Shown in pieces: positions 35,315 through 49,679 of a stretch of DNA of 64,000 nucleotides (position 1 is the first letter of the stretch; each line of letters opens with the position of its first letter). A model generated the notes under the pieces. It ran no database searches. It had not been told where the DNA came from and worked only from the letters and a program-made list of their open reading frames with translations. This stretch comes from Octopus sinensis (taxonomy: Eukaryota), in the NCBI RefSeq assembly GCF_006345805.1, contig NC_043023.1, positions 18,910,001 to 18,974,000 of the forward strand, in the 5' to 3' direction. The translations under genes and the position numbers were made by a program.

Positions 35315-36863
35315 CATACATACATATACATATATACATACACACACACACACATACACACACACACACAGTATTGAAGCTTGAGAACAATCAGATACAT
35401 TTGCAACACATCTGTTGAAAATATTATTGTTCACACACATACATATACATATATACATACAGACAGACAGACAGATAGACACACACACACACACATGATC
35501 CAGCATGGCCACAACCTCAAGGCTGAAACATATAAAAGAATAACAGAATATAAATGTGTGCATGTGTGTGAGAGGGAGAGTGTGTGTGTATATGTATGTA
35601 CGTATGTATGTATATATATTAATAATGCGGTTTTTCAACAGCTTGAACTAAAAGTCAGAGGGGAATGGGATAAACTACTTATATTAACTTGCTATAAAAG
35701 CAGGTAGTATTTTATCTTGTCCTTATTCATAGTGCAAGTTTTGAAGAGTGCATTTCGATTTTAACAGCTATTTTTTTCAAAGCTATATTGGAAGTAACAA
35801 AGGAGCATATTTGGCATATTTGCTTTATGAGTTCAATAAAGACAACAACGCAACGGAAAGTACAAGAAATATTAATGCAGTATATGGGGATTGGACAATA
35901 AGCGTAAGGCAGTGTCAATGGTGGTTCCAGAAATTCCGAGCCATAAACTACAGCCTAGAAGACGAGTCTCATCCTGAAAGATCTGTAGAACTCGACAAGG
36001 ACATCCTGAAAACCCTGGTGGAACAAAATCTCATCGTAACTGTTGAGGAACTAGCAGAGAAGCTTGGATTTGGTCATTCAACCATTCATTGAGACCTGTG
36101 TGCTATCGGAAAAGTCAGCAAATGGGTCAATGGGTTCCTCACGAACTTTCCGAGTAATTGCATGCAGAGAGTGAATGTATGCTTTTCTTTGCTGTCACAT
36201 CTCACCACTACTGCGCTATGTATGTCTATATATATAAAACTGTAGTTGTGTGAGTGTCTGTCCCCTTCGATTTAGATTCCTAACTACTCCCACATTTTGC
36301 GGTGCAGTTTAACCAAATTCGGGTAGCTTATAGTCGTATCGTGATCATATCGAGCCCGTCTGAGTATTAGCGCGCGTCTACGATGAGTCTACGATTTTAA
36401 AAATAATTTCACATCATTTTTTATTCCATTTTAATGCATAATTTTTCGTGTGTCAATGGCGGCGGAGTTGGCGTCCACGCTCACACCTGCACCTGTGGGG
36501 AAGGGAGTGTAAGGAAATCAACGTCGTAATGCGTTGTCAAGGAGACCAGCGTTCTTTTAGAACAACGACTTCATGGCTTGAAGACACCAAAACAGAAATG
36601 GCTAAGAAAGCGTCTACATGAGTCTACGATTTTAAAAATAAATTTACCATCGTTTTTTTCCATTTTAATGCATTTTTTCGCTATTATATAAGGGAAGTAA
36701 CTCTCTAAAAATGTCTACGATGAGTCAACGATTTAAAAAAAAAATTACCATCATATTTTTTCCATTTTTAATGCATTTTTTGCTATTTTTTGGCTATAAC
36801 TCTAAAAATGCTTATATAGTTATTTCCCTTACAAACCCGAGCAACGCCGGGCGATACTGCTAG
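34731..36863 (+). mobile_element. Composite non-autonomous Helitron
   Basis: Starts A|TC; ends with hairpin CCCGAGCAACGCCGGG then CTAG|T; splits the minisatellite unit at AA|TT with no TSD. Confidence 0.75.
35620..36220 (+). mobile_element. Mariner (Mos1/Hsmar-like) transposase N-terminal fragment inside the Helitron
   Basis: LLYEFNKDNNATESTRNINAVYG...VRQCQWWFQKFRAINYSLEDE...TVEELAEKLGFGHSTI is a mariner HTH; truncated by stops. Confidence 0.8.
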
Positions 36864-37007
36864 TTAATATATAAGCGTACACACACATACAAACGACACA
36901 CACACACACACACTCTCTCTCTCTCTCAAACACATGCATATACATTTGCACAAGCACATAGTAATTAATATATAAGCGTACACACACATACAAACGACAC
37001 ACACACA

Positions 37008-37047
<40 letters not shown>

Positions 37048-37279
37048 CACATGCATATACATTTGCACAAGCACATAGTAATTAATATATAAGCGTACAC
37101 ACACATACAAACGACACACACACACACTCTCTCTCTCTCTCAAACACATGCATATACATTTGCACAAGCACATAGTAATTAATATATAAGCGTACACACA
37201 CATACAAACGACACACACACACACTCTCTCTCTCTCTCTCTCAAACACATGCATATACATTTGCACAAGCACATAGTAA

Positions 37280-38886
37280 TCTCTTATTATAAAAGGCAGA
37301 TTTTATCTGCCTCCCTTTGTAACTTATAGAAATCTACAATATAGGATTTCTTCAATTACAATTTACCTAGCATTTTTAAGAATAGAATGCATCGCGTCAT
37401 GCCAGGTCCAGTTTTAAAAATTTAAACTCCAATTAAGCAAAATTTACAGAAAACTCACATTCTGGTGTGTATGTCAAATGCTTTTCTTAATGTGGTTTAC
37501 ACCACACGCACACGCACACACACAGTGTGCAACGAATAAAATGAAAGTAAATAGCGATTGAGTGATTTGAGGAAGACTAAACTGAAAGTATTTAAACCAC
37601 TACTCAAAAAATAAAAAAACACAGCAAACGGAAACAAATAAATACATACCGATTTACTCCTCACACAATTTCTTCAATTAGAGTGTACCCATGATTTTTC
37701 AGAGTACTTCAGTGGGTGATGCCATAAAAAATTTCTTTCCATTTTACCACCAATTAAGACAAAATTCGAGAAAACTCAATATTTTAACATATCACTCCGA
37801 AAGCATTGATGTACATGTGTGCGGGCGTGAGTGTGTGTGTGTCATTCCTCACACACACACATACACATACATATATGAGAGTGGAAACACAAACGTTTCA
37901 AACAACTACATACAAAATTAGTAAAAAAGGCGCCAAAACACAACTCACTTATCATTCCAACACATTTGCAAAGACACACAGACGGTGGAATTGCTATAAC
38001 AATACAGAAAAGGTAAATTGGTTTTTATTTTACTCTGTATATATTTTATTATATAATATTATATATAGATATATGTATATATAATTGCAGTATGAAACAG
38101 TGTTTGTGTATAAACAGACGACACTTATATATAGTTATTATAATAAGAGATTAATAAATGTATGCATCCGTTTAACCCTTTCGTTACCAAACCGCCCGAA
38201 TTTAACTATTCATATTTAAATGAGAATATCAGAGCAAATCTCTTTAGTACATTCGTGAAAACACTTATTATACTTCGTAAACACTTCAACTACAGTTTTG
38301 TACAAAAATCGAAGTGTAATTTTAATTCCGTGAATTATGGGAGATTTTTTTCCGAAATTGTTCCTATTGTGTTTTCAAATTTGTAATTCTGACAAAAAAT
38401 GGATACGAATTTCATTATATCAAGCAGCGAGTCAGAATTCGAAGGATTTTCTACTGAAGACCTTCATAAATCTAACTCTATGACTGAAAAAAAAGCATCT
38501 TTATATAAGAGTGAAGTTGTGTGTCTGTCTCTTACGATTTAGATTCCTAACTACTCCCACATTTTGCGGTGCAGTTTAACCAAAAGCGGGTATCTTATAG
38601 TCGTGATTCATATCGAGTCCTTCTGGGTATTAGCGCGCGTCTACGATGAGTCTACGATTTTAAAAAAATTTACCATCATATTTTTCCTTTTTAATGCATT
38701 TTTTCGCTTTTATATAGGGGAAGTAACTCTAAAAATATCTACGATGTGTCAACGATTTTAAAAAAAATTACCTTAATTTTTTTTCAATTTTTAATGCATT
38801 TTTTGCTTTTTTGGCTATAACTCTCTAAAAATGCTTATATAGTTATTTCCCTTACAAACCCGAGCAACGCCGGGCGATACTGCTAG
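37280..38886 (+). mobile_element. Second composite non-autonomous Helitron
   Basis: Same TCTCTTATTATAAAAGGCAG start and the same hairpin-CTAG|T end as 34731-36863; different middle. Confidence 0.75.
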
Positions 38887-39733
38887 TTAATATATAAGCG
38901 TACACACACATACAAACGACACACACACACACTCTCTCTCTCTCTCTCAGCCACATGCATATACATTTGCACAAGCACATAGTAATTAATATATAAGTGT
39001 ACACACACATACAAACGGACATATACATACACACACATACGCACACAAGCATACATTACACGTTCGTGTCTTGCCCCTTGCCGCAACAAATTTGCACAAA
39101 AGGTAAATAAACCAGAAGGGGGTGGGTCAATGTTTCATCGTTTCGGGGTCGATAAATTAAGTACCAATTACGCACTGGTGTCGAGGATTTTTCCCCAATT
39201 TATATCACAGCTTCCGACAAGCTGGGGGCATCATTTTATGAAAAAATATTTCGCAAATTTTTACAATACGACTCACACTCCACGCGCAAACTCGAGACCG
39301 ATTTAGGCATATTATTGTTTTGTTTTTGTTGTTTCTGGCCATTCAAAACCATGGGAGAAGCCTTTTTGGTAAAAAAAAATAAAGAAAATATTCAAAAAAT
39401 ATCGTTAATATTTTTATTGGGCGACGAAATTAATCGATTTAAGAGATATAGCTGTTATTTCTAGCACATGTAGAAGACAGAAGAAGAGGTAAATAATTTG
39501 ATCTCGAATGCTGCGATTTCATTGGTTAAAATTCTTAAAGTTAAACTACGTTTAAGTTACGAATTACAATTTTGTTTTCAATTTTGTTTACAATAATGTT
39601 TTCTTTTGACACATTCTACCAGTATACGAAGTTTCAAATTGTTTAGTTAACTAGGAAAATCTGGCCTTCAAAATGAAAAGATCCTATATGGATATCTATA
39701 TATATATATATATATATATATTATTATATATAT

Positions 39734-39801
<68 letters not shown>

Positions 39802-40461
39802 AATATGAGCAACTGAAATGTGTATATTCATGAATGTAATCTTAATATACAGCAAATATATTAATAGGTGAAGGTATAATGTATACATATTTTCGACCCA
39901 GCAAGACCATCTTGAGTTTTAGTTTATACATCCCACAATGTATAGCTTCTTCTCATGTCTACCAAATACTGCATTTAGCAGAATATACACACATATTAGA
40001 GAGGTCGTCACAGATTATATAACTATATAATGAAGGAAAATCGTTTTGTGAAAGAGAGAATGTCTGACAATTATAGACAAACTGATCGAAGGCAGATTTC
40101 TCATCAATCCCAAAAAACAACAACGGATCTTTTCCTTTTGAACGGCACATGTCAACACAATTTCTAGTTAACTAAACACTTTTAAACTTCGTATACTGGT
40201 AGAATGTGTTTATAAACATCATTTTTCTTGGTCTTGGCTTTATTGAGAAAATTCTATATGTTGTAAGATATTCCACTTAATTCAAGCATTTCGGCAATTT
40301 TAACCAATCGCTGGAGTCTATTTTGAGTGAAAACATTCCGTGCTGTATGAATATGTCCCTCGTTTAAGAAACAGATTGGGTTTATTTACACTTGCGAAGA
40401 AAAAAAGATACCCTTCCCCCACCCCTAACCATGACTCACCCTAACTCTAACCCTAAATCTA

Positions 40462-40623
40462 AAATAGATTGAAATGCAATAGATCGATACTAGGGTTATA
40501 ATTATGGGTGACAATTTCATATGACACCGCTATGGAAAATGGGAATTTTTTCTAGCAGTGTCAAATGAAAATGTCACCCATAATTATAACCTTAGTATCG
40601 ATCTATTGCATTTCAATCTATTT
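40462..40623. repeat. Long imperfect hairpin (~78-bp arms) preceded by telomere-like CCCTAA motifs
   Basis: AAATAGATTGAAATGCAATAGATCGATAC...GGGTGACA is mirrored by TGTCACCC...GTATCGATCTATTGCATTTCAATCTATTT. Confidence 0.85.
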
Positions 40624-40679
40624 ACAGATTATTTACTGTCATAACAAGCCAGAGGATATTTCTTCTTGTTTTAGATCTC

Positions 40680-41800
40680 AAATAACATTTTCTTTGGAGA
40701 AAAATTGATCGATTTCTCCAAAATCAAGAGAGGACTGTTTCTGCACAGTAGAAGTGACGGGAAACTGTTCAATCTCTCGCGCCTGCGTGCCAAGACCAAA
40801 ATCAGAAACGTCCTGATCAAGGAGATGCTATTTGCTGATGATGCCGCTCTGGTATCACACACAGAAGAAGCCCTCCAAAAGCTCATTAACTGTTTTGAGC
40901 AAGCATGTAACGACTTTGGCTTAGCTATCAGCCTTAAGAAGACCAACATCATGGGTCAGGCTACACTGGACATCCCAAACATACATATTGGAGACCACAG
41001 ATTACAGGAGGTGGAGAAGTTTACCTATCTTGGCTCTACCGTCACCTACAACCTATCCCTTGACGCTGAGCTCAATATACGCATTGGCAAGGCAGCCGCT
41101 GCGATGGCCCAACTCTCCAAACGGGCGTGGGACAACAATAAGCTGGCCAAGACCACGAAAATGAAGATCTACTAGGCATGTGTACTTAGCGGACGCTATA
41201 CACACGCCAAGAGCGTCGCCTAAACATCTTTCACCTGCGTTGACTCCGGAAAATCCTCCGCATCAAATGGCAGAATCATATCCCCAACAAAGATGTCCTC
41301 AAGCAAGCAGGAATACCAAGCATGTTTGCACTCCTCACACAAAGACGTATGAGATGGCTTGGGCATGGTTAGCCGTATGAAAGATGCCAGAATCCCCAAG
41401 GACATACTCTACAGAGAGCTTGCTAGGGTACTAGGTCTGTGGGTAGACCGCTCTTACGTTACAAGGATTTTGCAAAAGGGACATGAAGGCCTGCAACATC
41501 AATATTAGCAGTTGGGAAACAATTGCCAGCAACCGTGGAGATTGGGGGACGTACCGGGTAAAATGCAGTACTGAGAGAGAGAGAGAGATGAGAGAGAGAG
41601 AAGAGAGAAAGTGAGAAAGACAGACAAAAGACGTCATCAACAAGAAACTATGACATTACAACCAGCCAGGAACAGTTCTCGCTACATTTGCGGTACCTGC
41701 GAGAGGTTGTTTGTCAGATGATAGGACTACACAGCCACAGCAGGAAATGTGTCAGGACATGAAATATGTAAAGCGGACTGGACTATTTATATTAACTCCT
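40680..41800 (+). mobile_element. 5'-truncated RTE/BovB-like LINE (RT fragment + 3' end)
   Basis: EMLFADDAALVSHTEEALQKL...FGLAISLKKTNIM...FTYLGSTV...LNIRIGKAAAAMAQL; stop at 41175. Confidence 0.9.
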
Positions 41801-41910
41801 GGACATAGACTCATTGTCCCGAGACAAAAACGATGCCAACAACATACACTACATACTGTTAACTAAAATAGTATTAAGAATCATTAAAATTAAGATAATA
41901 TTAATTGTTA

Positions 41911-42750
41911 GGCAATCTTTCGTTGTAGTAGTAGCACGTTTCGTTCCGTCGATTTCCGTAGAAAACTTAAATTTTTTTACATATGGCCTTGCGGGAACAT
42001 TTGAAGAATGAGAGCGAAAAGAGACTAAGAGAAAGCGATTTTATGACGAGGGGGAATTTCTTTTGAAGTTATCAAAGCCTTTATGTACATGTGTGTGTGT
42101 GTGTTTGATGGGGTGTGGGAGACAGACAGTATGTTGTGTAAGTGAAGTGCTTCTGTTAGTGTGTGGTGTGCAGAGACAGAGTAATGTGTGAATGAGAGAG
42201 ATAACTGAAATTTTTTACTCGGGTATGTATGTGTAGATACATACATAGATACATACACACACACACATACATGCAGACATACATATACACATACACACCG
42301 AGTAAAAAAATTACACTGATCGGGTACCTACATACATAACACACACACATACACACATACATAGACATACATACACATACATACACACACACATACACAT
42401 ACATAACACTACACACACACACACATACAAGCATACATACATATACACATACACCGAGTAAAAAATTTCAGTTATCTCTCTCTTTCACACATTACTCTCT
42501 CTCTGTCTCTTCACACACACACACACTAACAGAAGCACTTCACTTACACAACATACTGTCTGTCTCCCACACCCCATCAAACACACACACGGGGACTTCA
42601 AAAAGAAATTCCCTCGTCATAAAATCGCTTCCTCTTAGTCTCTTTCGCTCTCATTACTTCAAATGTTCTCGCAAGCCCATACGTAAAAAAATAAAATAAT
42701 TTGTACGGAAATCATCGATGGAAACGTGCTACTACAAACGAAAGATCGCC
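41911..42750. mobile_element. Fold-back / MULE-like MITE with ~310-bp terminal inverted repeats
   Basis: GGCAATCTTTCGTTGTAGTAGTAGCACG... is mirrored by ...CGTGCTACTACAAACGAAAGATCGCC; arms pair inward to ~42220/42443; no TSD visible. Confidence 0.85.
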
Positions 42751-44141
42751 CCATTCTACCCGGACACAACCCGTGAGGTGTTCAGAGGGTTTGCAGCTAT
42801 TGATTCTACTGAGGAGATCCTCCCTGCTCACAAAGACGTGTGTCTCCATTTCCGTGAGTGGTCGTAACCCCTGCGAGAGTAAGGAGAATAATTACCGTTG
42901 TCCCTTTTTTTAATGAAGTACTCATGAATCGTAAGATGTGTTTGGAGTCAGGTTTTTGGGGTTTATAAAATATTAATGTGATGATAATAATAATAATAAT
43001 ATGATTTTTCTTTTTGTATTTTTAAGTACAAAACCTGAAATTTGTAGGAAGGGGACGAGTTAACTTCAGGGACTCGAGTGCTCTACTGCTTATTTTATTT
43101 ACCTCGAAAGGATGAAAGTCGACCTCAGTGGAAGTCATACTTTGAAAGGAAAGACGTTTGGGGCACCAACTCATGACAGACAGACGAAATATAAAGAGGG
43201 ACCTTCACTGTGGGCTAGCTAGCAAGCTGGTCTTCAGAGAAGGGACTCCTGGTTAGGTGGGAGGGGCATCTGGTGCCCAAATGATCGATCGTACTCGCCC
43301 TCACAGTGTGTTACCTGATTGAAGAGAAATAAACAATGCACAGACACACTCCCATTCCTGATTGATTTTATTTCTAGTTTGACAAAGCTATTTACGAACG
43401 AAATGCTGTTAAGCAATTAATCCGGCATCTTAGAGATTCTACCAGTATTTAATATTGTAGCAAGTCAGGAAAGCTATTTTAGTTGTTACACCATAGCACG
43501 GTTCTGCTATGTCATTCTCCAGCCCATCGGGGGGGCATATATGGATCCTAGAGGTAAGTTCAGTGCCATGAAGAGAAGTGGGAGTTTTAATTAGTCAGCA
43601 TTTCACTTGTGGCAACTTTGCTCTGCGAAATTCTGTATGGCATCAACTCACTACTCTGGTCATGTTATGCCCACTATATTTTCGTTTGGCTAGCTCCATT
43701 CCCATTAGTTTCTAATTCCTTCCAACTCAATCTACTATGCAAGCATGGACAGTAAATGCATGACAATGGTAGTGATATAAAATCTGCAATGTTTATTTAC
43801 TTATGTTGGTGAACTATCCAGTTTTATCTTACTGCTTCTTTTCCTATTTCAGATTATCACAACATGTTGACGTGAAGGAAATCTCTCCATTCAGAAGTGT
43901 CTTTGATTCTCATCACCTAAGGAAGACGATGTATTTATAAGGAGCATTCATGAATAAGTCTACCTCTGTATATAAATACAGTCTATAACAAGGAACAGCG
44001 AAATATTTTTCTTCTGTGGAATGTATGGAAGAAACATTGCATTAAATTATCTGAATGAAGTGACAAAAGTGAACAGAATGTATTCATGGAAATGAAAAAC
44101 ACTTTATCATTGTGAAGTGTATGATAAGTAATTCTCTCAAA

Positions 44142-45199
<1,058 letters not shown>

Positions 45200-45432
45200 T
45201 CTCGCATTAGTTGTAATTCATATTTTGCAAATGGTGTTGTAACTACACACGAAAATGTTCATACCAGACACAACCTATGTAATGGTCGTGTCTGTGTTAA
45301 AGCATTCTCTCATAGACCTAACTTAACTCTACATGAACGAATCCCTACATGAGAGTAGCCATGTCCGTGTGACATGTGTGGCAAATGATTCTCTTGAAAA
45401 AGCCACATGCATAAACATGTGGCTATTCACAG
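45200..45432 (+). pseudogene. Three fossil C2H2 fingers in the 3' UTR (also 62472-62710)
   Basis: After KP* the frame reads ...THENVHT...VCVKAFSHRPNLTLHERI...CDMCGK*FS*KSHMHKHVAIH. Confidence 0.7.
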
Positions 45433-45840
45433 AGACATGTTTCTGTCTCAATGTCAAAATTGATTAAGTCATAACGATAATTAACACTAATTGGTCTGCT
45501 AAAACACAGGCTTTTTCCTTTCATCAGTTATAGGAATTTCTTAATAAAGAATAATGAATAAAATATTTATTTTGTCCTTGTTTTTTTTTTTGCTCTATAT
45601 CTGGACCCTGTTCCCTTTCTACCTTAAACTGTCAACTGGCACAAAGTGACGTCCCTTCAATACTACCTTCCTCCTGCCAGTTTTGAGCTATTTTGTCTTG
45701 CAAGGTCCTTGGGGGCCCTGACGGTTTTGTAAAGGGTTGACATTAGGAAATGCATTCTGCTGTAGAAAAGCCAAATCAGACAAGGGAAACTGGTGCAGCT
45801 CATGGCTTTGTCAGCTCCGGTTTGAAGCATCCAAAATATG

Positions 45841-46690
45841 CCTGAATGGAAAACAAACATTAAACGATGTAGGAAGTATTCTTCTGAATTTTTGTGAAAG
45901 TTAATCTTTGAAAATTTTTCCTCTTGTCATTTGTGACGAGGTTCTCTTGTCTTTTGAGACAAGTTCAAGATAAAGGAGAGACGACAGGGTCCTTTGTCTC
46001 TGCCTGAATGGGAAACAAACATTAAACGATGTAGGAAGTATTCTTCTGAATTTTTGTGAAATGTTAATCTTTGAAAATTTTTCCTCTTGTCATTTGTGAC
46101 GAGGTTCTCTTGTCTTTTGAGACAAGTTCAAAATAAAGGAGTACGACAGGGTCCTTTGTCTCTGCCTGAATGGAAAACAAACATTAAACGATGTAGGAAG
46201 TATTCTTCTGAATTTTTGTGAAATGTTAATCTTTGAAATTTTTCCTCTTGTCATTTGTGACGAGGTTCTCTTGTCTTTTGAGACAATTCAAAATAAAGGA
46301 GTACGACAGGGTCCTTTGTCTCTGCCTGAATGGAAAAAAAAACATTAAACGATGTCGGAAGTATCTTTAGCAAGGTGAAGCGCTTGTCCTTTGACATGCA
46401 CAACAGCAACTAACATATCTCTGAATCTCATCTATGTGTTTTTATTTGGGTATTGTTGTGTCTATACGGTGATTTGAACTCTTGTCTCTTGACAAACAGT
46501 AATTTTCGCCCTTGGGGAAGAAAATTTCTGAATTTTTGTGAATGTTAATCTTTGAAAATTTTTCTTCTTGTCATTTGTGACGAGAGTTCTCTTGTCTTTT
46601 GAGGCAAGTTCAGAAGTTCAAAATAAAGGAGTACAACAGGGTCTTTGTCTCTGCCTGAATGGAAAACAAATGTTAAATAATGAGGAATCA
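45841..46690. repeat. ~162-bp tandem repeat (3 copies plus a longer diverged unit)
   Basis: CCTGAATGG(A/G)AA at 45841, 46003, 46165 and 46325. Confidence 0.9.
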
Positions 46691-46849
46691 AGTATTTATA
46701 GCAAAGTGAAATTTTTTTTCTTCTTTTTGACTTGCAACTGACATATTTTGCCTTCATCTTCCTCCAACGTATTGGTAATAAATATACAAATATTTCTGCT
46801 GTCTGCTATTTTAGAACAATACTTTGAATGTGTCAAGCAGGTAACTGGC

Positions 46850-47060
46850 AGAAACCTAAGCACATCGGGTAAAATGCTTAATGGTGATTCTTCTGCCGTT
46901 ACGTTCTGAGTTCAAATTCCGCCAAGCTCGACTTTGCCTTTCATCCTTTAGGGGTCGATAAATTAAGTACCAGTTACGCACTGGGCTCGATGTAATCTAC
47001 TTAATCTGTTTGTCATCTCTGTGTTTCGCCCCTTATGGGTAGGAAAGAAATACGTATATC
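46850..47060 (+). mobile_element. SINE (GTTCTGAGTTCAAATTCCGCC family)
   Basis: Matches the units at 52140-52720. Confidence 0.8.
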
Positions 47061-47432
47061 GAAGCATAAAAAGCATTCTGAACACTCTGAAATCATCAGA
47101 ACACCTGAATTTATCTCGTAAGTTCAACAGACCATTGATTACAATTCCAGAAAGTCATGAGGTCAATTGCAAAGGATCTGCATGTGTCAGAATGAACAGT
47201 CAGAGATGTCGTCCACGAAGACATCGGATGAGGAAGGGTCTTATATGATGAGGAAGGGTCAATTTGTCAGAAAAAAAAACAAAAGAAAATCTGTACATCA
47301 GATCTAAAAGGCTCTTAAATTGAAAAATCCAGCAGAAGGTTTGATTTGCTTTTTTGTTTTTTGGGGGGGTCTTTTGGGGGAGGGGGGTCTTTTGGGGGAG
47401 GGGGGCTTAAATGTATGTATATATGTATGTAT

Positions 47433-47705
47433 GCCATCTCATGTGGAGGTCTAGTGGTTAGAGCAGCGGACTCGCGATCGAGGGATCGCGGGTTCGAATC
47501 TCTGACCGGGAGATGTATGTGTTTATAAGCTCCACGCAGCTCCAGCAGAAGGTAATGGCGAACTTCTGCTGACTCTTTCACCACAACTTTCTCTCACTCT
47601 TTCCTCCTGCATCTTGCAGCTCACCTGCGACGGACCGGTGTGTCGTCCAAGGAAACCGGGAAACTGGCCCTTATGAGCCAGGCATGGCTCGAAAAGGAAC
47701 AAACA
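47433..47705 (+). mobile_element. tRNA-derived SINE
   Basis: tRNA-like head GGTCTAGTGGTTAGAGCAGCGGACTCGCG...GGGTTCGAATC (A and B boxes); second copy at 48561-48850. Confidence 0.85.
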
Positions 47706-47819
47706 AATACATATACATTAACTGAAGAAATGACAGATGGTTATGTGCAGACCCTTCTGAAGTTCCAAGTGTCATGCATACAAAATTTCCTGCAACTGTC
47801 ATGGTTTTATGGGTTGTCA

Positions 47820-48300
47820 GCAATGAAGGACATGTGATCCTACTTCTTTCCACAAGGCCTTAGAGTTAACTCTGCCTCCTACACTGAGGTCCTGGAAATA
47901 ATTGTTAAACCCTGGATAGACAGTGTATGCAATGGAAGGCCATAAGTGTTTCAGTAAGACTCTGCACTATCACACATGGCTTTAGTAATACAAGAATGGG
48001 TGGGTGGGTGGAAATTTTCATGATCACATAACCCCTAACATTTCGCCTCCTAATTCTCCAGATCTCAATCCATTGGACTCTTACATGTGGAGTGTGTTGA
48101 GAGAGAGGTCAATGAGCACACCCATAACACTAAAGATTCTTGAAACTGCCACAGTCAGTAGTATGTCCAAAATGAACCAGGAACCACTTGATTCAAGCAT
48201 GTAGATGATTTAGATCTCATATAGAAGCAATTGTTGAAGCTGAAGGTTGTTGCTTCATTGAATAACATTACAGAGAAGAAGGTTTATTTTTATCCTCATA
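47820..48300 (+). mobile_element. maT/DD37D-like mariner catalytic-domain remnant
   Basis: FFPQGLRVNSASYTEVLEIIVKPWI...SPPNSPDLNPLDSYMWS motif. Confidence 0.75.
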
Positions 48301-48489
48301 GCATTTTTTGATAAGTAAAGTTATTATCTTATTGTAATGGACACAGGCTTGTGTGTCACATAGCTAGCTGGAGGCAATGGCCTCTTAGAGCTAATCACCA
48401 GCAGCATTCGTCCTATTTTTCTGGACTGCCATGCTAGCTTGGCGATAACTATTAATACCCTATACTGCTGCCATACATACATACATACA

Positions 48490-48521
<32 letters not shown>

Positions 48522-48560
48522 CACACATATATACATACATACATATATATATGTATGTAT

Positions 48561-48850
48561 GCCATCACATGTGGAGGTCTAGTGGTTAGAGCAGCAGACT
48601 CGCGATCGAGGGATCGCGGGTTTGAATCTCTGACCGGGAGATGTGTGTTTATAAGCTCCACGTGGTTCCGGCAGAAGGTAATGGCAAACTTCTGCTGACT
48701 CTTTTGCCACAACTTTCTCTCACTCTTTCCTCCTGCATCTTGCAGCTCACCTGTGAAAGACCGGTGTCTCGTCCAGGTGGGGGACCTATACGCCAAGGAA
48801 ACCGGGAAACTGGCCCTATGAGCCAGGCATGGCTCGAAAAGGAACAAACA
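48561..48850 (+). mobile_element. tRNA-derived SINE (second copy)
   Basis: Near-identical to 47433-47705. Confidence 0.85.
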
Positions 48851-48867
48851 AATACATATATATATAT

Positions 48868-49018
48868 ATAGGAAAAAAGCAACAAGAATGGATTAAAATA
48901 TCGGTACAATTGTTTCGTACGAGGACATCTTAATAAGCTACAAAATAAGCTTATTAAGATGTCCTCGTACGAAACAATGTACCGAGATTTTAATCCATTC
49001 TTGTTGCTTTTTTCCTAT
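48868..49018. repeat. Near-perfect hairpin, ~71-bp arms, 8-nt loop
   Basis: ATAGGAAAAAAGCAACAAG...TAATAAGCT / AGCTTATTA...CTTGTTGCTTTTTTCCTAT. Confidence 0.92.
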
Positions 49019-49138
49019 TTGTAATCACCCCACTTGTCGTATGGTTAACACCATATAGATTTCCGGTGCATCCTAGTTAAGGACCATACTCATGTGAATT
49101 CATTAGAATTCACTTGAATCTCAATCACTTAAACCGTA

Positions 49139-49192
<54 letters not shown>

Positions 49193-49679
49193 ATATGATA
49201 TTAGGAAGTAAATCCAAACTTACCGGGAAAAATTAGATTTAGATTAAATCTAATTTTATGGTATAAATATATATAGTATAAATAACTAATAATAAAATAA
49301 TAATAATAATAATAATAATATATAAAAATTTATAAGTACAAATTATTAATTAAATAATTTTTTTAATTTAACTTTATATTTAAATAATTTAAATTTGATT
49401 TTTATATTTTATATATCTTTTATTAATTATTTATTTCTATGTATTGGTTATGATTTTCACTGTTTGATTTGCCTAATAGTGGTTTTTTTTATCTCTAATT
49501 TAATATATATATATTAATATATATATATATATATATAATATATATATATATATATCAGAGTATGTGACAGAATACTTAAGATTAGATTAGTGCTTCATCA
49601 TAGTTAGCAACCATTATATCAGCCTATGCTCCTCAGTCGGGGCTACCCGATGGACAGAAAGACTGATTCTATGACACTC

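Noticed and set aside
44112-44120. ORF-track starts at 44112 and 61131
   Set aside because: These are GTG codons; the ATG aligned with the paralog is 44142/61161.
47433-47510. tRNA gene candidates (also 48561 and 56944)
   Set aside because: tRNA-like heads continue into shared SINE bodies and do not form a complete cloverleaf.
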